The translations under genes and the position numbers were made by a program. Shown here in pieces: positions 38,065-49,289 of a stretch of DNA of 64,000 bases. Under the pieces are notes generated by a model, which searched no databases, was not told where the DNA came from, and was given only the letters and a program-made list of their open reading frames with translations. The stretch comes from Convolutriloba macropyga (lineage: Eukaryota): assembly GCF_964194025.1 (NCBI RefSeq), contig NC_134476.1, positions 12,896,001 through 12,960,000 on the forward strand. The letters run 5' to 3'. Numbering within the stretch: position 1 is the stretch's first letter; every line of letters begins with the position of its first letter.

Positions 38065-41000
38065 CTGCATTTTTGAAAAAATGTTGGAACAATGACAAAC
38101 TTAATAATCTAGAAATGTGTAATTTCAACTTTCGCGATCGTTTGGTGTGAATTGGTCATTAACATGACATTCCATCGCTATGTTATGCACCTGCCATCGT
38201 ACAATAAGTCGCAGTTCATTTTAAAATATTTGATATTTGGAATAAGAGCAATTGAGATCATGCGAAAAAATCGAGACCAAAACTATCAGAAATGGTCAAA
38301 TCAGCAACACAACCAACCCATAAAACATAAAAAAATGGTCACAGATTTTGTTCGAGTGACAGTCAAAACGCGAACAATCTAATGCTTTATTTCCTTGGAA
38401 AATTCACTCCTAACACCAGATTTCAAGCTAAGTTTATGCAGGAAAAAAGTTTGTAGTAATCTGAATTATAGTAATTAAGATAGAAACAGAGAATCACTCA
38501 TGTTTGTTCGAGAGCAATTAAAAAAAACTTTCCTTATAAACCAAACAGCTGCAAAACCTCACACTTCACGTACAAAAAAGTGACGTTGACAAAATTGATT
38601 TAATTAGACGAAGGCGGGGATTCAGACAAATATTAAATAATCATAGCTTTGATGATGAAGAACCCCAAAAAGAACAGTATTTTGGGTTGCCTATTGACCT
38701 ACTTGATCATATCGAAAGTACCATACGACTTTTCACTAATCAAGAAACTTCAAAATCATGGACAAAGCAGGGTCGTCAAAGGTTTGAGAGGGCGATAACC
38801 CCCACGTGGTAATTTTTTCAACCCACTTTTACAATTTCAAATTTACACAACTCATTGGAAGTTTTGTTGAATAGAGTACGGCTTCATGCCCAACTTTTAT
38901 CACCATAATGGCGCTGAAACAGTGGCTTAACCTAACAGGACGGCTCGCGCGAGTCGGTGCCTAGCACAGAATGTTCCAGCATACCTTTGAAGGTTGCAAA
39001 AACAATTATCCAATTCAGCAAGAGAAACTGTTGGGAGTTTCCGAAAGCAGCTTATATATGTTGGAGAAAATTATTTCCACTTTCGCTCCAAAACACACAT
39101 TACACAAACATATAGCAGCACGCAAATACAAAGCCCAAAACCAGATGATATTTTTATATTTCTATTGGTCAATTGGTCACTATTCAAGGTTCGTCACTGT
39201 TTATTTACCTCTTCTTTGTTTTCTTTCAGAAACTAGGTGTGGACTTTTTGAGGCTATTGTATCGGTAACAAAATTTTTGACACTAAACTTTGAAACATAA
39301 CCTTTCAAAGTTTCAATTGTGATATTTTATGAGCACGACGGACAATTAAATTTTTTACATCTCAGATGTGTTATCAGCGAGAATAAAAATCACATAATTT
39401 TGGCATTAGACATATTTATATCCGCAGTGTGGGGCAAACAATAAGTAATCATTATAATTTTTCGGACAATTAAATTTTTTACATCTCAGAGATGTGTTAT
39501 CAGCGAGATTTAACAACACATAGCCTTGGCATTGGACATATTTAAATCCGCAAATAGGGTCAAACATTAAATAGTTTTTCTAACTTTTTCTGAGTTTTTG
39601 CACTCTCTTTGTATCCAACATTTTTTCTCTTTGTATCCAACATTTGAAGAAACAATCTCTCTCGTACTAACTATCCCTTTCTCCCTCTCAATACACACAT
39701 ACAAGTCACATAAAAAAAAACACATGAATATACCCACACAAGCGCGCACACACAAACACACAAAACATCACCAACACAAATTTTCAAAATTTCGTCGCAA
39801 TTTATATATGGCTTGGCTTTATTTTCTGGAAAACTAGGTGTGGACTTCTTGACGCATTTGTATTTTGATAATCTAACTTAATCTAAAATCGTAAAAAAAA
39901 TTTTGATGAGTTAGAAAATTTTTTATAAATTTCGATGTTTCATGAGCTTAATCCCCCATTCTTTCCACCCATTCGTTCGTTTCAGAGTTACCCAGACGTG
40001 TTAAAAAATCTATTTAATAATCACAGTTCTGGTTCTAAATATATACGTACGTATTAACTTAACATTCTAACTTTATTAATTCCAATCTTCTGAGAATTGT
40101 TGCACTCTGCCTAAATGTGTTTTCAACACGTAAAAAAATGTTGAAAGCCGTTCGTAAAATTTTTTATTTAGTAGCTTTGAGGACCATTGGTTATCAATAA
40201 ATTTAATGTTTTGGTCTTTTGACTCTGTAAAGAGTATTTTCAAATAAACGGGAAAATTTCATAATTGATAACTGAAAAAGAAAATTTCTCAATTTTCTTT
40301 TATTTTTTGTAAGAGAAATTTGCAATCAATGGAGGATTGTTTTTCAATTTACAAAAACGCCCAAAAACTGAAATTCAGTTCGAAAAGCAATTTCAAAATA
40401 CAAAAGAGAAAAAGTTTCTGATTCTCGAAAAAAAAATATGAACAGGTATTAAATTTTTCAATCTGACAATAAATAAACCCTTTAACTTTCACTTTCGTTG
40501 GTATTTATTTATACCAGAGAAGTTTAGTTCGAACTATCTGCTCGGACATAAGGAAAACAAATGAAGAAGATTACCTTCTTTTTCAACTATGAATTTGGTT
40601 GATTTGATGTTGATTTCATGACACTGTTTTTTAAGTTTCCATGGTTTTGAAAATCTTCAAAATGTTTAGTTCTGATTAATAAGATAATTTTTGGCAAACA
40701 CAACTCTAGAATTTAGAAAAAAATACATTTTTCTGCTTTAGTTTTAGAGTTTCAAAGTTGACTTTTGCTATGTTGAGAGCTCTAAATTGCTTGAAATCTT
40801 AAATTTCTCTAAACTTTTTTGATACAGCGAAAATGGGTTCGTACAATAGATTTACCAACAGAAAACAGAGTGACGGTTAAAAATAATTTTAAAACAAAAT
40901 TTGAAAAAAAAACGAAAATCATTTTTTTGTAAACTTTCGGTCATATAGTTTAATTTGTTTATTTTTAGGCTTGAAACTGTAATGAATTATTGAAAAATCC

Positions 41001-41715
41001 CCATTTAACCAACTTAAACTTACAATATTTCTTGATTGTTTCTATCTTAAATTTCAATGATATCTTTAACCCCCACCCACCCTCGAGCGATCGCTACTTT
41101 TCCTATTATTTTTCCTTCGAAAATATCAGATCACTGTTCCCCCTTTTTTTCAAATTTGATAATTTTTATGAAAAAGGAAACTAGATCCTGAGGGATATAA
41201 AATGGTTTCTTTCTTTTTTCACTACGACGCGCAAACAAAAATTGAAAATTTGACTGAAGAAAAAAAGCCGGCCTCGCATATATATTCCTGCATTTTAAAA
41301 AAAAATTTTTGGAACAATAACAAACTAATATTCTAATTAAAAATGTGTAATTTCATCTTTCGAGATCTTTTGGTGTGTATTGGTCATTTACATGACATTC
41401 CATCGCTATGTTATGCAGCTGTTATTGTACCATAAGTCGTAGTTCATTTGGAAATGAAGGATCAGATATTCAGAGTAAGAGCAATTGAGATCATGCGAAA
41501 AATTCGAGACCAAAACTATCAAAAGCGGTCAAATCAGCAACACAACCAACGCATAAAACATCAAAAAAATTGTCACCAATTTTGTTCGAGCGACAGTCAA
41601 AACGCGACGGATCTAATGCTTTATTTCTTTGGAGATTTCGCTCCTAACACCTGACTTCATACTAAGTTTATGCAGGAAAAAGAAAAGAAGTTTGTAGTAA
41701 TCTGAATTATAGTAT
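35024..41715 (+). repeat. Complex tandem block: ~3.5-kb-period units with an internal ~1.06-kb duplication
   Basis: 35950-36740 is nearly identical to 38665-39460 (same spurious ORFs at 36258 and 38971); 35240-35945 matches 36280-37005; 37490-38480 matches 40690-41712 more distantly. Confidence 0.9.
38011..38059. repeat. (AT)n microsatellite
   Basis: Direct reading; the paralogous site at ~41278 has only about 4 units. Confidence 0.95.
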
Positions 41716-42942
41716 ATTATATCAAGGAGACAGAACAAGTCAACTCAATTCGATTGTTGTGTTTAATAGTAATGCTCTAATAAAACTACCTGAAGATATC
41801 ATAAAGCTTGTACCGTAAGAAGAAGAAATAGGGTCAAATCTTCCCCGTTTGAGTTGTAATAGTAGTAATCTCTTTGTTGTTGTTGCTTTATTCGCTTCCA
41901 CTGTGAAATACAGAGAGAGAAAGAAAGAGCGTAACAAGGACATAAACAAGGTCGTGGGATAAGATAGACACACACGAATCAATCAAACTGCAGTTTAGCG
42001 TTAGTTACTACCGTTTTATTACTTATTGTTAAATCCGACAAATTAATTTATGGAATAGAAACGAAAGCAAGCATGATTAGAAAACTAACATTTGGTTTTA
42101 AGTCAAAATTAACTTTGATCCAAACAGCTTTCTTCCTTTTTACCTGAAATTTTCCCAACACCACCCCCCCCCCCCCCTCCAGCTCATTCAATAATAGAAA
42201 TGGAAACGTTGCTTCGGCAATGAACTGGCACAGCCTCTATTATGAATCAGATCATTATTAATTTAAAATTTTTGGGTTTTTTCCACAGTTTGGGTTAAGA
42301 TCTTGCAAATTTGTCATTAATTTTTTTGCACGATAGTCAAGACTGTTTGCAACAAAGCTTTTAGCATCTAATTTTACTACTACTATTGTAAAGTACGTTG
42401 ATTAATATTAATTTCGTTAAATCATCATAAGAAACAACTCTTTAGTACATTAATTCAAAATTCAGCTAATTACAGCCCAAAGTTGTCGGTTCAAAAACTT
42501 CACTTTATATATGAGAAATGCAATCTTAAAATTTCTAAACGAGGAATTTTTAAAGCTTTACTTGAAATTTCTACTTTTAAAGTCAAATTGTGTCATGCTA
42601 CAACTAAACTCGATCACACACTAAAGGTCAAATGTAACTACGCTGTTAAAATGACACAGCAATCATAGCAAGATAAAGAGAAACAGCGATACAAAAAGAT
42701 GATGAAAACAATCAAAAAGTTACATTATAAAATAAAACAAAAATAAAGATGAAAAGAATGTAAGAAAATAGTGATTAATACAAATTCGTGAAATCATAAC
42801 TTAGTTATGTATAATAAGTTCACAATGGTAAGAAGTTTGCAGTTAATAGTTGGCAACAAAGAATTCAAGTTATACTTGCTATATTCGGGCTCAATTGCTA
42901 TCTCCCCAATGACAGAGGGGGGAAATTTTAAAGGGAGGGGGA

Positions 42943-45900
42943 CTAGCAATAAGCAAGCGCGACTGTATTAGCAGGCATCGCGTGAACTTCTGCCTCAATT
43001 TCGGATCCGCTGCCGACATCAGTGACGTTTGAATCACTTGCTGTGTTCTTAGCAGGACTTGACGACGATCCTTCGGCAATATGATCTTTTGCCGTGCCCG
43101 TAATTTTGGGCTTAGCTACAGAAGCAGTGGTACTTGAACTCTGCGGTAGTTGTTTCTGCTGCTGATGTTGTATCCGCTTTTTAGCTTTGGCAATAGTTGA
43201 GGCGGAAACACCTGTGCATGTCGAGGATCTTTCAGATTCCTCGTCTGTTGGTGAGTTATGTTCAATGACACTTCGGTCAACTGACGTAGCATCAGAATAG
43301 GCGCCTGGATTGGGTTCGCTATCCTCGTGGGGGCTCATAGTGCTATATCCGTGGTCACTGTCTGTAGCGTAACTCCTCGTATGGTGGTGATGTCTCCGAT
43401 CATTCCGAATTGCGATAATAGGCAATGGGTGCAGCATCGGGTTCATGTACCCTATATCATCCTCTTCCTGCTCTAAGGAGTAGTCATCAACTTCATGTGC
43501 TCCCATTTGTACGTTAACATCAGACGTGTAGTTGGCATTGTACATTGCAATCATTTGTCGACGTTGTCGTTCGTGCCGAATTAAGAACACAGCCAGCGCG
43601 ATAACTATTGAGCTGGCCAGCACGCCTCCGGCTACAGGACCTATAGGGGTAGTAGTCGAGGAACCACCACTATGATGAGCTAAACGCTGGTTCTGGCTAT
43701 CGTAGTATCTTGGTTTCGCGTAAGGGGAAAATCCCCGAACTCGCATGTAACAATTCGTCAATTGATCACACTGGTGATTTTGCATTGGAAATATGACCCT
43801 GGAATTGTTCGAACGGAAATAGACCTGTTCGAACTCGCACCAGCGACATTCTCGATTCTGATCACATTTACTTTGCTCAGTTAGCGACGAGCATCGGAAC
43901 CCAATGCAATTACTGGCATCGTGGAACTTATGCTTGTCCAAAGCTCCGATTTTCAACACCTCGGGTTGAGGTTCGCAAGCAACCCAATTGTCAACAGAAT
44001 GCGGTTCTTCAGCCCTGCAATTATCGTCAGCACTGTCCAGGTAAACACAGGGACACCAGCAACGATTGTCAAAAGGCCGTCTCAAATAACATCGATCCTT
44101 ATGAGTTCGCGGACAGAAACACAACTGGAAGTTTACTGTTTCGTCCATTACTCCCCGGATTCCATGGAAAAGATTGGTTCCAGCCAGACGTCGAACACTA
44201 AACGCGGTTCCGTTGTTTAACAGGTAGGATTGGCGCTTGCCCGAATAGTCAAGAGAAAATTTTTGAGAGAACCTGAAATTGTCTTGTCTGTAATCATAAC
44301 ATTCTTCCTTGCTGTAGAAACCGTCGAGTTGACTGATATACAGAAAAAAGTCCGATTCTCTATAGGCAACACTGAACATATTTATGTCTCGCCATTTGTA
44401 TCCGACACTGTTCTTTGAGTCTAAGCTCGAATTCCACATTCGTGAATAGGCAACAATGTTACCTTCCTCGTTAAACAGGAAACAATCCTTCCCATTTTCT
44501 GGCTGGCAATCTGGATTTTGGAATTTCTGTGTATTGTACAACGTATGCGAGTACAAACTTTCAACAGTGACGTCAAATCCAACAACTACGAAGGTCGTGT
44601 TAGTTAGCGGAACCTTCCATGACACAGACACGACATAGCCAGCTTGAGATTCGTCCAGCCACGGTGAAGAAAAATGCTGGTGAAAACCACCTTCTGCGGC
44701 TTGTTTGAACCAGTTCAGCTGATTTATATCCATATTTTTGTCCAGCTTAATAGCTGGCTGAATTATCATAAACCCGTCACTAGTAGCCGCATACCTGCGA
44801 ATAAATGAAGTGTTAATTATACTTTCTGGGCTCCACTTGAATGCCAACGACCAAATATACTTCAAGCTCACGACAGAATGATTTCTGAACAAGGGTTCCC
44901 TCGGATTGTGTCGAACATCGTGCAAATTGAGGAAGAACTGCTCAAACCTTTCGTTTTCAATTAATTCCAGACCTCGATAATGTAAATGAAGAGCGCGCTT
45001 TGATACGAACAGTCCAATAATGCCCTTATAAGGAAGGGACAGAGTGGTGAAATATTTACACACACGCTCTTGATTATCTACTGAATCGTGGTACATAATG
45101 TTAGGCTTGAATTTAAGACCAGACTCATTCGAAACGACGTTCGAATCCCCCTCGCGTCCACTTTTTTCGCCTACGGGAACGTTTTTCAACGCCAGTTCTA
45201 ACTTCACATCATACTCGTACTGGTCTCCAATAAGCACTGTACAAACTACGAATGGACTGTTAGCAAGGCGACTACACGAATAACGGTACAACTTATCAAG
45301 CTGTACATCAATTTCTGCTGTCTTTTTGGTCCTGATAATTTTCTGGAAAAATGTTGAGGCATCTTTTTTGAGCACAGTCGAGAAGTAGTAGTGAAGAGGA
45401 GGTTCGCAAAGAGTAATTGAGACAAAACCTTTATCACGATTATAATTTGTCACTCTGTGATAGATTACGGATCCCTTTTCATCAACAATAAACAGCGTTT
45501 TATTCTCATCTGTATGGTAATTCAACTCGTTCAGTATTGATTCCAAATTAATATCGACACCCACTACGCCGTCAACATCGCCATTCTCGGCATTTTTGAC
45601 AGGAGCCGAAATTGTCATGACCATTTCTCCCTTTTCGTTCTTCGGGTACGAATAGGTAAGGTTGTAATTTCGGGCATTGACAAAATGGGTAGAATTCTTG
45701 GGGAAAACTTGGGCTATCGAGAGCAAGTCTGGTCGCCACATTGGTGTGATCACTTTCACGCTTTTGCTTTTCAGAAGTGCGTCAACCTCTCGCCAATCGG
45801 CGAGTTTGGAAGTTGACCAAAATTCGTCACTGAGTAAACTGGAATACATCATGATATTGCCTACGCGGAAAACAGCCAGGTTTAAATTCTTCATTAGTGG

Positions 45901-46947
45901 CTTCAACTTCATTATCTGTTCATGCTGACTTTTAAAGTTACTCGGCTTCATGCCGCTGAAAACGACCAGAACCTTTTCTGTATCAGCATCCGAGCTGTTA
46001 AGTACTTTCAGAACAGACTCCATTTCCTCCGCAAGGCTTCGGTAATTCTCAGTTTTATTAGCATCGAGATACTTGTCCACATTATCTGAGAGGCTGTGAG
46101 TGCTGAAGAATCCGAGCACATTTTTTCTACTTCCACAATTCACAAACTTCTGGGAACTACTTACATTTTCTGGCCAGCCAGAAATGGTGAACCGATCTGC
46201 GGGTCCAGCGAACTGCGCGATGGAAAAGGCAAAGTTTGCAGCCGTGGTAAGAAACAGTGTTCCAGTGCTATTACCAGAGATAGTTTGCGAATCGAAGAGA
46301 AAAGCCCAGTGACGTTTGGATGGAACTATTGCACTGGCGATTGCTTCCTTCTTGAAATTATGCAACACTGGTGAAAATTCAGCTCCGCACATCGAGCTAT
46401 CCTTCTTGGCGGGGTAGACAAAAGAACTGACACACTTACTCCGAATCGACACATACCACTGTTCGTTCACACTTTTATGCCAGATATCGTGACGTTTCCA
46501 CATTTTCACGACATCTTCTGACAGATGAGTTGTGGAATTGCACTGAATGTACTCTACGGGAAACGTTCTCTGGCATGCTAAAGCCTTGTTAATCCAGACT
46601 CCTTGGGATTTTTGAGTAGCATAAAGCGAGTCATCACAACAATCTCGGTTCGTATGTTGAAGTGATTCGTTAGTGAGACCATTCCTGAGTGTGCTCGAGA
46701 TAAGAGTCTTCGACTGATTGATAGTGTCTTCAATTGACAGGAATAACTTTTCCAGGCTCTGTCTCGTTTCGTTAATTAACGAGATTCGTTTGTCAGTCCT
46801 GGTCCAATTGGAGCTATTGTACTCCGGCTGTTTCAATGTGAGTGCTTCATTAGTAAAAATTTTGAGCTTTAGCTCCAATTGCGAAGTCGGTTCCGCCTGA
46901 TATTCGGAAGAGAGATACAGAAAGCACAGGAAATAAGATATTAACAT
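42943..46947 (-). CDS. CACHD1: VWFA and cache domain-containing protein 1 homolog, single exon, about 1334 aa
   Basis: Signal peptide MLISYFLCFLYLS; Cache motifs (GVVGVDINL, FSSPWLDESQAGYVVSVS, VVGFDVT); Cys-rich region; TM PIGPVAGGVL...; cytoplasmic DHGYSTMSPHEDSE typical of CACHD1. Confidence 0.92.
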   Translation of the reverse strand: MLISYFLCFLYLSSEYQAEPTSQLELKLKIFTNEALTLKQPEYNSSNWTRTDKRISLINETRQSLEKLFLSIEDTINQSKTLISSTLRNGLTNESLQHTNRDCCDDSLYATQKSQGVWINKALACQRTFPVEYIQCNSTTHLSEDVVKMWKRHDIWHKSVNEQWYVSIRSKCVSSFVYPAKKDSSMCGAEFSPVLHNFKKEAIASAIVPSKRHWAFLFDSQTISGNSTGTLFLTTAANFAFSIAQFAGPADRFTISGWPENVSSSQKFVNCGSRKNVLGFFSTHSLSDNVDKYLDANKTENYRSLAEEMESVLKVLNSSDADTEKVLVVFSGMKPSNFKSQHEQIMKLKPLMKNLNLAVFRVGNIMMYSSLLSDEFWSTSKLADWREVDALLKSKSVKVITPMWRPDLLSIAQVFPKNSTHFVNARNYNLTYSYPKNEKGEMVMTISAPVKNAENGDVDGVVGVDINLESILNELNYHTDENKTLFIVDEKGSVIYHRVTNYNRDKGFVSITLCEPPLHYYFSTVLKKDASTFFQKIIRTKKTAEIDVQLDKLYRYSCSRLANSPFVVCTVLIGDQYEYDVKLELALKNVPVGEKSGREGDSNVVSNESGLKFKPNIMYHDSVDNQERVCKYFTTLSLPYKGIIGLFVSKRALHLHYRGLELIENERFEQFFLNLHDVRHNPREPLFRNHSVVSLKYIWSLAFKWSPESIINTSFIRRYAATSDGFMIIQPAIKLDKNMDINQLNWFKQAAEGGFHQHFSSPWLDESQAGYVVSVSWKVPLTNTTFVVVGFDVTVESLYSHTLYNTQKFQNPDCQPENGKDCFLFNEEGNIVAYSRMWNSSLDSKNSVGYKWRDINMFSVAYRESDFFLYISQLDGFYSKEECYDYRQDNFRFSQKFSLDYSGKRQSYLLNNGTAFSVRRLAGTNLFHGIRGVMDETVNFQLCFCPRTHKDRCYLRRPFDNRCWCPCVYLDSADDNCRAEEPHSVDNWVACEPQPEVLKIGALDKHKFHDASNCIGFRCSSLTEQSKCDQNRECRWCEFEQVYFRSNNSRVIFPMQNHQCDQLTNCYMRVRGFSPYAKPRYYDSQNQRLAHHSGGSSTTTPIGPVAGGVLASSIVIALAVFLIRHERQRRQMIAMYNANYTSDVNVQMGAHEVDDYSLEQEEDDIGYMNPMLHPLPIIAIRNDRRHHHHTRSYATDSDHGYSTMSPHEDSEPNPGAYSDATSVDRSVIEHNSPTDEESERSSTCTGVSASTIAKAKKRIQHQQQKQLPQSSSTTASVAKPKITGTAKDHIAEGSSSSPAKNTASDSNVTDVGSGSEIEAEVHAMPANTVALAYC

Positions 46948-47162
46948 CTTTGAAGATTGTTCATAAGCAAGCCTGAAAAAAATAAACAAGTTGAAAACCT
47001 ATCACAAGTAGCTTGAAGCTAATGGCAAATATTTGATAACCTGAAAATAGTCTTTTGTTTTTAATTAAAAAGAACATATTACAAAAACGAGCATAAGTTG
47101 CGGATTAAATAAAACTAATCACGGAAGAAAACAAAATTTTTGTTTATAGCAACAATCAAACT

Positions 47163-47666
47163 TCAATATCTGGGACTTCTTGATCGTGACCTTGAATTAC
47201 GAGATCTCGATCTATTGTCTGACCTACGATCTCGAGATTCACTACCATTTCGGTTATTTTGTTTTTGATCATCCGGGCAGTCACGTGCAATGTGGCCTGT
47301 ACCTCCACAGCTGAAGCAGCGCCCGTCATTTCGTCGACCTCCATCTCGACTAGACCCTGCAGACCTACAGTCTCGTGCAATGTGACCAGGTTGACCGCAG
47401 GAATAACAAGCTGCAACGCCAGAAGTGTCCGGTCGCCTAGAGTCGCGCGGCTTCTCAACCCTTATCTTATCACATCCTGCAATTGTTCGTCCGTCTAAGC
47501 CTCTTATCGCATCCTCGGCATCTCGTGAGTCGAGCATATGCACAAATGCAAACTTGTCCTTCATAAAAATTTTGTCAACGTCTCCATACTTCATAAAAGC
47601 ATCGTGTATATCTTGCTCTCTCACATCTGGTGTTAAATTGCCGACGTAAACTTTGTAAGTGGACAT
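47163..47666 (-). CDS. SR splicing factor, SRSF3/7-like: RRM + two CCHC zinc knuckles + RS tail, 167 aa
   Basis: KVYVGNL (RNP2), KFAFVHM (RNP1), RDAEDAIRGLDG; CYSCGQPGHIARDC and CFSCGGTGHIARDC; RSRSRSRSPRY. Confidence 0.93.
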   Translation of the reverse strand: MSTYKVYVGNLTPDVREQDIHDAFMKYGDVDKIFMKDKFAFVHMLDSRDAEDAIRGLDGRTIAGCDKIRVEKPRDSRRPDTSGVAACYSCGQPGHIARDCRSAGSSRDGGRRNDGRCFSCGGTGHIARDCPDDQKQNNRNGSESRDRRSDNRSRSRNSRSRSRSPRY

Positions 47667-49289
47667 CTATCTGTAAGTAGATACGATAAACCTTTAAAAT
47701 ATGATAAAACCTTAAGTCGTCAGATTTATCTATTATACCCACCAAAAATGTAAAACCTTTCTCTTTGTTATAAACAGAAAAAGTAATTTGAAAAGCTCCG
47801 TAGCTGACAAAAACTAAATGGATCGCTTTGACAAAGAAGATTCCGATTAGTAGTAGTAGTTAAGTCTTTAGGGCTAGGCTCAAGGGTTTTCAACCGTTAT
47901 ACACAGTCAATAAAGTTTATATCAGTCTAACTTTGCTCAGTATATTGCAATGTCAACATCTGCAGAGTATTCTCCATGTGCATTTGTTTTCTTCGTTGTA
48001 TGTTCTTTAGATTAGGAAATTTTGAATTAGGGTATGCAAAAAAATCACTCTAGCCAGGAGAAAAGATGTTGTAAACTCAAGAGTTCACAAATATTGAGCT
48101 ATCTTTCCCAACTAGTCAATTTTTTTAAATCCCATTATGACTCTATGAACTTAATTATACTAATTGACCATGCGATGTTTCTTTAAGGGTTCAAATCATC
48201 TGAAATCAAGGAGAAACACAAAAAAAGGTAATAAATCATTTGGAAAAAGGACAACTATCTGATCATGCACATTTCACCAAAGGAAAAAATATGTTTCGCC
48301 TTCTTTTAACTTGCACCATATTTGTCTAAGGTGCTATTACTGTGAGTGAATGTGCATATAATAGCCAAAGTAAAAATCTAAAATAATGTACAAAAATCTG
48401 ACAATATATTTAAGTTTCGAGAACAACGTCTTAACGTGGACTTAACACGATTGCCCATCATGAAGCTGCTGAGAAAAGCAAGATGGTAGAAATTGACTTA
48501 TCCACAAGGTAAATCTCCATTTTTTTTCAGAAAGAGCTATTTTTATGTCCCAAAACCAAATACAGATATGTAACGACAACAAATTTTTCGAAAAAATACA
48601 ACGGCCTCATTTATTTTGTTTCATACGCTTCTCAGAAAAAGTTCACAAAAATCAACAAATTAAATAAGTTTTCTGGATAAGTTTTCAACAAGTTTTCTGG
48701 ATTTATTTTGTTTTAAAGTTGCATTTGACTACAAGGTATATGAAAGGAACAATTGCTAAGAGCAATGAATTTAAGTCAATTGGAGCATAATTCAAAAAAC
48801 ACCGCCACTATGGAAAAATCAAGAAGTAGGTAAAACGTAAATACAAACTATAAGCAAAATTTTTATAATGGAAAAGAAACTGACAAAGCATTATCTTCAA
48901 AAAATTCTTACATTTCTTAACATCTGAGTTCAACAAGAACAAAAATCTCGGCGATTATTGTAATGACAGAAAATTGTAATATATTGTTGCAAAGAAAATT
49001 TCAGATCTTGAAGAGGGGTCCCAATCGCCGTGTGGAGAATGGTGAGGGGGTCAATATCTTAACATTAAGATCCGCCTTCACACTATGAATTTATCCTAAA
49101 ATTTGGGCGAATCGCGTTAAAACCATAGCATTAGAGAGAAAATGTAAAAATCTTATTGTCGCTGGGGATATTAATTTTTAGCATAAGCTCGGAGGGCGTC
49201 TTGTCGAATTTCAAAATATCGATGTTTTTCTTATACAAAATCCCGACTGTCTGCAATCCATCGATGGACAGTAGCCTGGAAACTGCCTG

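Noticed and set aside
36258-39300. Duplicated 109-aa and 80-aa ORFs as a gene pair
   Set aside because: They lie in a near-identical repeat, overlap in two frames, show no recognisable domain, and the third copy (35240) does not keep the frames intact.
43921-47649. Plus-strand and alternate-frame ORFs over CACHD1 and the SR gene
   Set aside because: Shadow ORFs of real coding sequence with no independent features.
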